Shown here piece after piece: positions 41,260-54,512 of a stretch of DNA of 64,000 nt (its first letter is position 1; each line of letters opens with the position of its first letter). Source of the stretch: the human T2T-CHM13v2.0 reference genome, Homo sapiens; NCBI RefSeq assembly GCF_009914755.1, contig NC_060935.1; one strand, written 5' to 3'. The notes under the pieces were generated by a model. That model was not told where the DNA came from. It saw only the letters and a list, made by a program, of their open reading frames with translations, and ran no database searches. The position numbers and the translations under genes were made by a program.

Positions 41260-41535
41260 CTTTTTCTTTTTTTCTTTTTGTTTCTTTGAGACAGGCTGGA
41301 GTGCAGTGGCACGATCTCTGCTCACTACAACTTCTTTCACGTCAGCTTCCCAAGTAGCTGGGAATACAGGCACAAACCATGAAGCCTGGCTATTTTTTTT
41401 TTTTTTTTCATTTTTTATAGAGACAGGGTTTTGCCATGTTGCCCAGCCTTGTCTCGAACTCCTGAGCTCAAGCCATTCAGCCACCTCAGCTTCCTAAAAT
41501 ACTGGAATTACAGGAGTGAGCCACCTCACCTGGGC
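41260..41535 (-). mobile_element. AluJ-type SINE (deleted, diverged)
   Basis: Reverse Alu with perfect TSD tgacttcacattctt. Confidence 0.9.
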
Positions 41536-42084
41536 TGACTTCACATTCTTGTACCAAGTAGCTATTAGTTACAGGCTTCTTAAAGCTATGCTTAGTCTGT
41601 AGTTTTATATTCTATTTGTTAAATGCAAGGCCCATTGGCAGTGGTAAGGATTTCAAAGACCTAACTTTCTGTTTTACACAACTTTATTTGTAGAGTCTAT
41701 TTCCTTACTAAAAGATGTCATGTGTAAATGTCAACGCTAGGTTAAGATTAGAACTTATTTGACCCAATAATCCAAACTCCCCTCAGCCCACCATTCTCAC
41801 TGGGCTCAAAATCTATTCATTGGTATTCAAACAATTCTAACTTCAGAGTGCTGCCCATAAAACCTCTACCCAGGAAAAAGAAATATTTTCTGGAAGCAAG
41901 TGAGTTCAATGTTCCATCACAGGTATATGTTGGGAGACGGGAGGTGGAGGTAGGCAAAGGCTGGATTGTGTGCACTCCATTCCCCTTAGGAGTATATTTG
42001 CTTTCTTTGCAACCCTGAGCATTTTGGTTAATATCTAAATCCTTTAGTTTTGCAGGGGACAAAAAAAATTTAAGTCACGGACAC

Positions 42085-42545
42085 CTGTCTCCTCTTTGAC
42101 TTCTTGTATCCTTCTTCTCCCTTACTAGACTGCAATTATCATGTCCCCTTTTATGGTCCTCCAACATTTCAAGTTTATTTCTATCTTGGAGACTTTGTAT
42201 TTGCTCTTATATCTACCTCTAGCATTTTTACGTCCTTATTCTTCAGATCCCAGCTCAAGCGTTACCACCTCAAAGGAGCCTGCCCTGATAGCAACAAACT
42301 ACTCTTCTCATTACCACCTTTGGTCACTTCCTATCTTATCACCCTATTATTTTCTTCATGTCCTTTATCACCATCTACCCTTATTTTGTTAACTGCATAT
42401 ATATTGTATGAGTACCTCACTAGAGTATAAGCTCCAGGAGGCAGGAACCTTTCTGTCATTTTCACCACTAACTGTATTCTCGTTTCTAGAACAGCACCAG
42501 ACACATAATAAACATTCAATAAATATGTGTTTAAGAAATGAGTGT
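42085..42545 (+). mobile_element. L2 3' remnant
   Basis: actagagtataagctccaggaggcagg...cattcaataaatatgtgttt. Confidence 0.65.
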
Positions 42546-42916
42546 CTCAATCAGTAAGAAGCGGTAATAGAGTGAAAAGTGTATAAGTTTTAGAGTTCAC
42601 AGACTGGAATTTCATTCCTGCTATGAGCTCAATATGTCCACCAAATTCGTGTGTTGGAAACTTAATCCCCAGTGCAAGAGCACTGGCAAGTGGGGCCTTT
42701 TGGGAGGTAAGATGATCCTGGACTTTATTTATTAAGTGTGTGACCTTGGGCTAGCTTCTTAACTTCTCTTAAATTCCTCATTTTAAAACAGTGATTGTTA
42801 AACTCTTGTGAAGAATGATGTTTTCAAATGTAAAAGCATTCGATACTGTTTAGCACATAAAAGGTACTCAATAAAAAGGATATCCCTGTCCTGCTCAATC
42901 GAAATACTTTCCATGT

Positions 42917-43266
42917 TTTGTTAGTCCATTCTCAAGTGGCTAATAAAGACATATCTGAGACTGGGTAATTTATGAAGGAAAGAGATTTAATGGACTCACA
43001 GTTCCCTATGGCTGGGGAGGTCTCACGATCATGGTGGAAGGTGAAGGTCTTACATGGTGGCAGGCACGAGAGCCTGTGCAGGGGAACTGCCCTTTTATAA
43101 AACCATCAGTTCTTGTGAGACTTATTCACTATCAGGAGAACGACATGGGAGAAACCTGCCCCCATGATTCAATTACCTCCCACTAGGTCCCTCCCATGAC
43201 ATGTGGGGATTATGGTATCTACAGTTCAAGATGAGATTTGGGTGTGGACACAGCCAAACCATATCA
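42917..43266 (-). mobile_element. THE1-family MaLR solo LTR
   Basis: ttagtccattctc...gagactgggtaattta...ggacacagccaaaccatatca. 5-bp TSD catgt. Confidence 0.88.
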
Positions 43267-44413
43267 CATGTGTATGACAAGTAAAGCTAAAGTCCTAACA
43301 CCACAGAATTTACCATTTTGTGAAGAAGCAGGATATATAAACATAAAATGACATTAAATGTCAGTGTATTTTAAGTGTCAAATGAATGTTAGAGGGACAA
43401 GTGAAACGTGCATTGGCTCCCTACTGCTTAGGGAATAAAGTCTAAATTTATTAGGCATAACATTTATGGCACTTTGTTATTATGTTGCACTTTGCTTTCC
43501 AACGCCTATTTCTCACTGTGGTTTTCCACTTAAGCGTCACCTAATCAAACCCCACTATTCACTTTACTTTGTAAATATATGGTCCTGATAAGCCTTGCAA
43601 CTTTGCTCTCAGACTTTCCCTCACCTCTTATTCTATTCTTCCTTTAGGGCTTGAATTAATTGTCATTTGCTCCAAGAAGTCTCACTTGATCTCACGCACC
43701 CTAATCCTTACAAATGAAAGCAACTGCTCCCACTTCTAAGGTCCTAGAGCACATTGGGTTATACCTTTCCTAAAGCAATTTATCTTTGGCTTTATGTTCG
43801 GAGTATATGTGTATTTGCCTTATTTTCTAGCCTGCTTTAGTTTTTAGCCTAACCCTCTGGTTGTCTCTGATCTATCCTAGTCATTCCGAAAATTCTGCAC
43901 ATATCATATGTGCTCCCTCATTATAGTTAGATGAATAAATCAACTAATTTAAAATGAATGAAAAGGAACTAAGTGGGAGACTTGGTTTTCTACTTGGGTC
44001 TTTCAGCTTAAGTCTGGGCTTTTCTCATCTCCCTTCATTCCTCCTCCCAACTCCTACTTATAGATTCCTAAAGACACTCATTCCATTTCCATTTCTAAGC
44101 CTTCTTTCCTCATGTATCTAAACGTGGTTTAAGCATCATCTGCTCTGTGAGGCTTGTGTGACTCACCAGTTGGGTTCAGATAACCAGTTGGGTTCAGTTA
44201 CACCCAGAGTACATTGAACTTACTTCTGCTGCCACATGTATCAGTTATATTATAAGAATTGTATTCATTGAGAAAAAAACTATGTTAATGTAATTTATGG
44301 GCACCTCTAACCATGGCTGGCATATAATAAATATGCAATAAGTATTTGTTGAATAAATAAATTAATGCAAACTTTATTTTTATTGATATTATTATCGTAA
44401 GCATTTTATAGGC

Positions 44414-44825
<412 letters not shown>

Positions 44826-47800
44826 TGAAGAAGAAAAACTTTGTTCAGCCTCCTGCTGCATCAAATGTGTACTAGAGTAACAGTTTGCCCGATGGAAGCC
44901 TGAGAAACTAATTTGCCTCCATGGTTTCTCCTTAATTCCCTAATCACAGGCAAAATCCGATCAGACTTTAAGAGAAAATAAACTTTGAAATCTAATTCAT
45001 ATTTCTCTTAGAGTCTTCTCCCATCTACTAGAGTGAAGTATAGCCTAAATCATTTTTCTCTAACGAGTTCATATTTGACAAAAGATTTAAGAACACAATA
45101 TAAAACTTTTCAATTCTCAACATCAATTCTAATGTATTTCTACACCTGAAGGTAAAGTAAATAAACTGAATTAAAGTGCAGCACAGAGGTATATATTTCT
45201 TTTAGAAGGTACTTAACCCGAGTATAAACAATTTCTTTTGTTCTTTACTCATCCTTTCAGCAGCAGAAGCAGGAAGATGGGGTACTTACTTTCTTCTAAT
45301 TTGCGGTAGAAATAAAATTCATTTTTATGATTCTGCCACCAAAAAGATATTTTCCAGTCACTTCTTTGATTCCCTAAAGTATCTTCCTACACTGAAGTCC
45401 AAGGGTAAGCAGAACTCACAAAAAATGTTGTTCTATCTTGTACTTTAGGCAGGTTAATAATTCTCACTGAGGCATAAATATGACTTGCCACATTCTGCCA
45501 CTTTCAATCCTTTGTGAATACACTTCAAAAGCAAAACGTGTTTATAAGCCCTCTAATATCTGCCACATTACAATAAATGATAGACCAACCTCCAGAGTAT
45601 TGGCTTCGACCTCAAGCAAATTATACAATAATGTTTCCCTCAAAGTTTTTGTGCATGCAGCTCCTTCTCTCCCAGAAGAAACATCTACCATATGGCAAAA
45701 GTGACAACCTCAGAAAAAAAAAAAATTAAAGCTGAGTTGAAAACGACAGCTTCTTCAGAAGGTCAGGGCACAAATCTCTGGTAGCAAAGCACAACACAGC
45801 ATTTTAGAGATAAAACCTTATTACCCAAATACCGCTATTTCACAGCACTTAATATTGGATGGTAGTAAATCTGCCTGAGGACATATTGCTCTCATCCTAG
45901 GATGAGTCCAAAAGATTTTAACCACCACGGCAAAGTGGGGGTGGATGAGACCATATGCAGATGAGCGTTTTAGTTCATTACAACTGGATTCATATATATA
46001 TGAATTTCATATATGTTATATATATAAATATATATCATATATTCATACAGGTAATATATTCATACACACACATACGAATCACATTTAAAAAGACTGAACT
46101 TGTACAGTAAATAAGGGTTGTGTTTGCTTAATAGTCATGGTGAGAATTAAAGCAGGAAATCTTAAAGAAGTTATACAGAAAAAAGCATCTTTATTTTTTG
46201 ATGTGCCCCATTTTTACCTACTTTTTACCTCGCTCAAACAAGCACATGTATCAAGCTTCACAGAACAGAACAAACCTCTAAGAATTTCACTTCTTAAATA
46301 GATATTTAGAAAGAGTATACGAATCTTTTTATATTTGGCTTAAAACATCTTATTAGTTACCTATAATAAGGCCCAACTTAGAAGCTAAGAAACCCTTTCT
46401 TGAAAAGCATGAGTGTGTTTCTAAACAAATACAAATGCAATGAAATGAAAGAAAAATTCCTCTGATATGAAATGCCTCCTACTGACTTTGTACTGGAACA
46501 TTTATTTTCTTTGTGTGGAAGATGTAGGCAGCATACTTTGCATTAACTGATTATTTGGAGGTATGGCTGGAAGGAGGGGGCTAGGAAGAGAATTGGCTTG
46601 ATGCCTGAACTAATTTCAACTTCAATTCATCCAAAGGCAAAGGGAAGAATTGGCCAGTCTTTCAGTGAGGTGGATATTCTTTTTCACTCCTCAAAAAAGT
46701 AGATAATTCTCAAGTGTGCCTAATGTCTGTAAGGCTCATTTGACATTCCATCCCCCATTTATCAACTATAAAACCTTGTCCATTGTCTCGGTATTTCACC
46801 ATGTTAAAAGGTATTTACATACCAGTATGCAACCTGAAAATAGATAAACTAAGTAGACCCAAATGGAAAAAAGGGTAGGCATTGAATCACTCAAGAAAGC
46901 TGCTATCTTGTCTACCCCATTTATTTCTTTTAGCCCCAGGGCAAAAATTTTTAAAAGACAGTGGTTGAATTATATTAAAGGGGATACACCGGTAGTAATT
47001 TAGCATTCATTCTTTTAAAGTTGTTCTTCACAATGACTCTGAGAAAGGTTGTAGCAGTATCACTGCATCAAAAATAAAGCGGGGAAAAAGCCCAGATAAA
47101 TTAAATAGTGGTCTAGACAGACTCACATGACAGTTCTGCCACAGAGTGGGTAAAGAGACTGGATGACAGACACTGAGCCTGAAATCATTTGGGTTATAAA
47201 GATAAAATAGGTTTCCTTCATTAAAAATTAATCAAATAATCTAGACTGGGTGGCTTAGAGTAACTTAGTAGTTTGCACCACTCAGCAAATTTGTATTATG
47301 GCAACCAACAAAATAGAACTACAGGCATGTAAGAAAGAGGCTAACATAGTCATGCTACACAGGTGACAATGTTTAATTTTTGAGCTGAGTTTAAAAGCAC
47401 AGTGTGTAAACTTATATTATGTATGTATTCTTTCGAATAACTATATCCTTACATTCAGTCACTAATTATGTGGTTTTAGTGGTCAGTTGGAGAATATGTA
47501 TATAAACATGCACATAAAATCAGTGGATTGTAAGCTACAACACTACTCTAATTTCTTTTGTCTTTACTCTTGCTCATTCATTCAATTCATTAATTTATTC
47601 ATTCATTTATTCACTCATTTATGTATTTAAAAATATTTATTGAACACCTTCTCTTTACCTGGCAATAGGTGACATGCTGGATATATACGGTGAACAAAAC
47701 AGGCACAGTCCTCACTTTACTGGGTTCTCATTAACCAAAGAAGTTTTATAGATGGAAAGGATTCACAGCTATAATGTTTTATAAGTTATTTAACCGCTTT

Positions 47801-48067
47801 GAGTCTCAGTTGTCTCTTCTATAAAATGGGGTTAGTAATATTTTCCTTCCAGAATTATTATGTTCCCATCTTGTTCATAATACGTATCCCTGGTTATCTG
47901 GTATATAGCAGGTACTCTATGTTTATTACAGAACTAATGAATGCATCAAAAATGAATATATAGGTCACTTAAGCAATGGGTCCACATTATACAGTAGCCA
48001 GTATTATGGAAAATATTTTCTCATCCTTTTTAAAAGTCACTGTCACAGATAACAACAATAAATGTGA

Positions 48068-48411
<344 letters not shown>

Positions 48412-48570
48412 TTTCCTTGCTAACTTTTAAAGATAATATGTATAATTTTTCAAATTTTATATTTGAATAATGCTGAGAGATAGAGATAGAGTAGGACTTA
48501 TCAGCCCCATTTTCCAAGTTAAGCTATAGAAACTCAGTGGTCACTTGGCTTTCTCAAATTAAAACAATCA

Positions 48571-48890
<320 letters not shown>

Positions 48891-49102
48891 TTCCTGAACC
48901 CAGATTTTCTCATTAAGCTCTCAGTGCTTTCAGAGAACACCTGGGGAGAGGACATGTCAATGTCCCATTAAGTTGGAGACTGATTAGTCAACTGATGACC
49001 AGTGATGCCTGTCTTCACCAAGATTTTTGCTCCTAAATTTTGCATGAGGTCAAGCAGCCTATGAGTTCACAACTCTCAATCTACTGCACACCAGACACTT
49101 AC

Positions 49103-49120
49103 TTTTGAACTTCCATGCTC
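49103..49120 (-). CDS. Candidate 18-nt in-frame microexon (EHGSSK) of DLG2
   Basis: Sense strand: caactttttttttgtttgtttgccctag|GAGCATGGAAGTTCAAAA|gtaagtgt. It has a long AG-free pyrimidine tract, TGC next to the AG and a consensus GTAAGT donor. The length is a multiple of 3 with no stop in phase 0. Confidence 0.45.
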
Positions 49121-51396
49121 CTAGGGCAAACAAACAAAAAAAAAGTTGTCGGGCTGTGTTTCGGGAGATGTTGACTCATTTTCAGCACATATTAGAGGCT
49201 TAAAAAGTGTTTATAAGCTGAATAAACTAATGTTCTTTTCACTAAAGCAGTGCTTGAATGTATTGCTTAAAATGAGGCAGAAAATTACATTCAATTTGAG
49301 GTAGCAAATTAAATTGCCCTTGAAGGTTTTTTATAATCTCGTGGTATTCATGGAAGAGACAGACCAAACATATAACACACACACATAGACACACACACGC
49401 ACCCCACACATTAGTGAAGAGGAGAAAACAATTTATTCTACCTAAGAAGAGGGGAAGGATTATGATTCTAAAGTTCTAAAGTCTATGCTCTTTTATAAAA
49501 GGCAATTTGTTACAAAAAAGAGAAGAGTGGAAGGAGAGCAAAGAAGAAAGAAGGAAAATATTGGAAAAAAAACCCCTAATATTTGCAGAGAGACATGACT
49601 ATGGGTCATGGACTATGCTAGGTACTTTCTTTATGAAAAAAAGTGAGTTTAAAAGTCAGTCCTCAATAGTAGCATCCTCTGCTACTTATTATATGTTTCA
49701 TTGGTAAGATACTATTTTCTGAGTCTGTTTCAACATTTGCAAAAGGGCATAATAATACTTCATAGAGTTGTTGTGAGGCTTAAAATTGGTTAAAATGTAT
49801 AAAGCATCTGTAATGCACTTTGCAATAGGCATGCAATAAACTACTCCTCTTTCATATTGATAATTTCATACTGCCTTGGGTTATCAGATCTTGGTATAAG
49901 GTCACATATTCTCTTTATAATGCAAAAGCCAAGTCAAAGCCAAGTCTATGCTGTGCTTGGAGTCATAAGACAATATTACTTTTAATCCTCCATTAACCCT
50001 GGATCCTCTACAGCTGAACCCTAGAATCAAGGTATAAGGCCTCATTGGCAGATGAAGACACTTTAAATGTAGTCCTTTCACTGAGTTTTGTATCTAAGCT
50101 CCTCTGCTCCGGGTACTGTATGAATCCTGCTTACATTCAATCCAACTCTGTAGTAAATTGTTATTCAGAGTCTCCAGTGTGATGCTGGCCTCCTACTTCA
50201 GAAGAAGTGCTCCAAAAAGTTAAGCCTCAAAGATATATTATTTAACCAATCCCTTAACCATTTCTTTTGCATGAAATAGCGGCCCAAAAGGCAACTAAGT
50301 ACATAGAGATGATTTTTTATATCTTAATATATTTTTCCTGGCAACCACTGTAAATGCTCCATAAGCAGGTCTACTTACCACATCAGAAATATAGGAGAAA
50401 TTTTCTGAAGTTGAGGCATGTGCTTTCATTAGTATAAAAATGTGTTTCACAAAATTATTTTTAGAATGTATTCTACTCACAAAGAACTAAGCAAGAAATT
50501 GTCAACATTCTATTTTGTGATTCATGCATGTAAAAATAAAGTCGGTTGAGAGCTATTTTGCAATATTGAATCTAGCAAACTGTCATTCAAAAGAGCTCTC
50601 CTTTCAAGAAAACAAAAACAAAAAACTTCAGTGAAGGATACTTTACTATGAACCTCAGGTGATAGATGGTATTGTTGGGGCCACAAAGCCTATTCAGGTG
50701 GCGTGTTCAGGTATTCACCTTTGAAATGTACTGACCACTACCAGCACATGTTTTTTTCCTATGTTATAGGTTTAACCAGAAAAGCTACATCATCCAAGAA
50801 AGCTCTGGAGAGGTGACATAAAATGTGATCTCCGTGTCCTCTGATAAAACAAACCTCTCCATGAGTTGTTATTTCTACCTGACAATGGAAAAGAGCAGAC
50901 TCCCCTTACCTCACAGGTTGTAAGATCCAGAAATTCCACTGTGATTCTAAAGAACCTCATTCTCACGCTTCTATCATATCAGTTGCTACATAAAGAAACA
51001 CAATATTTGTTGAATATTTACCTCACTAATCTCTCTAGCAGGGTGGAAAATAATTTGTATTCATCTCTGGATCTTTATTGTGGAATAAAGGTTTCTGTCA
51101 TGATAGACGCTTAACAAATGTTTAGTGAAGGATCTCTCTCCTTCCCATTTTCTCTCTTTCTTTACCATAAACTTGACAATAGCAGTCCCACACGGTACAT
51201 GTCAAAGAGGTCCTAGACTTCCATAATCAGGGACCTCTTTGATTATTTGATCTCTCATGGATATCTTATTTTGAAAGATTGAATCTGCCAAACAAACTAG
51301 ATTTATTGTCTTTAGACATGGCACTTAAATAGTGCCAACATTTTTTTGCGTAAATGTGATAAGAAATCATATTTGTTGAGAAATAACTTGTTTTCA

Positions 51397-51700
<304 letters not shown>

Positions 51701-53959
51701 TGTTTTCACTTTTTATTAGTCAAATACATATATTACTGCCAGACAAGGCTCACGTGCTAAATTCCAGTATAGTACAGTTAGAGGTGGTTGTATGCAAACC
51801 AAGGGGGATTAAAGCTGAGACAGTACTTATAATACTACAAATCCAACCTCACACACACAAGTTTTTGGTTACCCATAGCTTTTATGTAGCATGGACCATA
51901 ACAGAAGTTGCCATGTACTTCCGATGGTGCTTCAAAGGCAAGCAGGTGAGAATCAGTGGGCCTTCTGTGAGATTATTATGCTGAATAAAGTGACCCTCCA
52001 AACAGAGGCTTCTAGATAAACAACCTAAGCCACTATAATTTAGAAGATGTAGTTATGATGCTGAGGATCTTTAGGGTCAGCAAATTTTGAGATGGGGGCA
52101 AGTCAGCTGTAGGGGGGTACTAGGATCTCACAAGGCTGAAAGCCTAGATCACAAGTTCTACCACTGTAGGCTTCAGGCACAGCTGTCAATAAGAAACCCA
52201 GTGGTCAGGAAAGACAAAGAAATAGCCATGCAGGCAGCAAGGACTCAGAGGACAACACAAGCTACAGGTTCCTATCACCATAGAGGACACATAAGATTTC
52301 TTATCCTTCCAAGTTGTTTGGTCAAGGCAATGTGAAGATTTGTTGACATTTAAAAATAGCCCTGATAAGAAATTTGAACAGTGAAATTAATTGTTTTTCT
52401 AGTGTGATTGTTAAATAGTAAACCAGTGTGATTATGGAGTAATATAATGAATTTATCTGAAAAAGACTGCTTTAAATTGGAAGAAATCAAGATACCTTTG
52501 ATTCTAAAATCAAGTTTTTTCCTCCCTTTCTTTTTTTAATAAAGAGGATAAAATCAGCTATTGAAAGTTTTTAAAAATTGCATTTTTACTTTGCCATCTC
52601 TGAATATGTCAAATCCCGTTTGATTAAACAACATGGAGGTCATTGGAAACCTTAGTAAGAACTGGAGTGTAACTCATGGGGCACAGTAACCATTGCAGGG
52701 TGGTTTGTGGAGTGAGACGATGATGAAGAAATGGAGGCAGCAAGAGAAATGCAGCCACGAAGGGTCACGAGAATTAGTATAGTTACCTGGAGGGATGGAA
52801 AAAAGGACTCTTTTATGTTAGCGAAGAACTGAATAAACTTAAATAAATATTGATGGCAGAGGTCAAGAAACAAAAAGAAAATTTATGAAGACTGTAGATG
52901 GAAAATACAGTAGAAAAAAATGCAGAGACATGTCTAACTTATCTCAAGGAGAGGCTGGCCTTTTAAAGCATAATACCAAAGAAAGAAAACTCTAAAGGAA
53001 ATACTAACAGAGTTAACTACTTGTATGCATTGGAAATCATCTGATACAAAATATAAAAGACAAAATATTGATGGGTTTTATATAAAGATTTTAAAACTCA
53101 ATAAGAAAAAATGTAAACATGCCAACTAAAAAACAGAGGTGTATATATATCGATTTCAGAAAAGAAAAAATATTTCAATCCAATTTGTAAACGTATGAAA
53201 CTATATTCAACCTCATTAGTAATAAAATGCAAATTTAAACAATAAAAAACAATTTTGCCTATCAAACTGGCAAAGATAAAAATTAGACTATGTTTTTTCC
53301 TTTGTAGTACTTAATTTACAATTATTTTATAAACTGATCTGCTCAGTTATTTTAGTCTCTTACCCACTAAACTACACATTTTTGGGGTAATAGAATGTCT
53401 GTCTAGTTAACTTTTGTATTTACAATTCCTTGTACAATGTTGGGCACATGATGGGACTTCCATAAACATATATTAATGAATAAGTGAATGTCAGTGAGGG
53501 AACAAGGTATTTGCATACTCTGTGGGAGCAGCAAGTGGTACAAACCAATCTAGAGAGCAGCTTGAAAATATCTAGCCAGTGCCAATGCCATATTCGTCAA
53601 GCTAGCCATTATAGTTTTAGGAATTTATCCAAAGTAAACAATTTTTGTATAATCTAGGACAAGGATGTTTATCAAAGGGCTATCTATATTGTGATTATAA
53701 GTTATACATTGTGATACACGTTAGAAGGTAAGTCTGCATGACTTCAGAGAGTGCGCCAAACCACTACACTGATGGCTTTCAGAGGAAACCCAAATGGTGA
53801 AATTTGTTGTTTAGGACTAGGATTGAACTCTCAGCATACCCAGTTCTGACATACATTCCAATACTCCCCAGTGATCAAAAGGTTTTCCTTTACATTTAGC
53901 TCCGAATTAACCTTTCTAATCCTTCTTCTGCTAAAGCTCTATGTAATCTTTTAGTGCTC

Positions 53960-54512
53960 TAAATAATAATTTTACTGTCTCACAGTACTGGAGGCTAGAA
54001 GTCTGAAATCAAGGTAGTGGCAAGGTTGATTCCTTGTGAGGGCTATGAGAAATGATCTGTTCCATGTCTATCTCCTAACTTCTGGTGATTTGTCGGTAAT
54101 CTTTGGTATTCCTTGGCTTGGCAGATGCATCACTCTGATCTTGGTATTTATCTTTTCCTTTTTTCTGTACAGACAAGGTCTCACTATGCGGCCCAGGCTG
54201 CCTCCAACTCCTGGGCTCAAACTATCTTCCTGCCTCCACCTTCAAAAGCCCTGGGATTACAGGTGTGAGCTACTATGCTCAGCCTTCTGTCTTTGCCTTC
54301 ACATGGTGTTCTTCTTATGTGCGTATCTGTCTCTGTGTCTAAATTTCCCTTTTCTGTAAGAAACAGTCCTTATTGGATTAGGGCCCACCCTAATGACCTC
54401 ATCTTAACTTCATCATCTACAAAGACCCTCTTTTCAAATAAGATCATGTTTACAAGTACTGGAGATTAAGACTTCAACATCTTTTGGGAGGGACATAATT
54501 CAAACAATACCA
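53960..54512 (-). mobile_element. MLT1-family LTR with a nested Alu monomer (FLAM-like, ~54155-54283)
   Basis: ctcacagtactggaggctagaagtctgaaatcaagg...ggattagggcccaccctaatgacctcatcttaac. Confidence 0.8.

Noticed and set aside
45280-45400. Donor AAA|GTAAGT with an upstream weak acceptor
   Set aside because: Poor pyrimidine tract, an in-frame stop in phase 0 and no further support.
46815-46855. 11- or 15-nt exon-like interval (ctattttcag|GTTGCATACTG|gtatgt)
   Set aside because: Short pyrimidine tract with a competing AG, and the better donor gives a frameshift.
50895-50930. Strong sense-strand donor GAG|GTAAGG
   Set aside because: Derived from MIR consensus (acctcacagg), with no paired acceptor.
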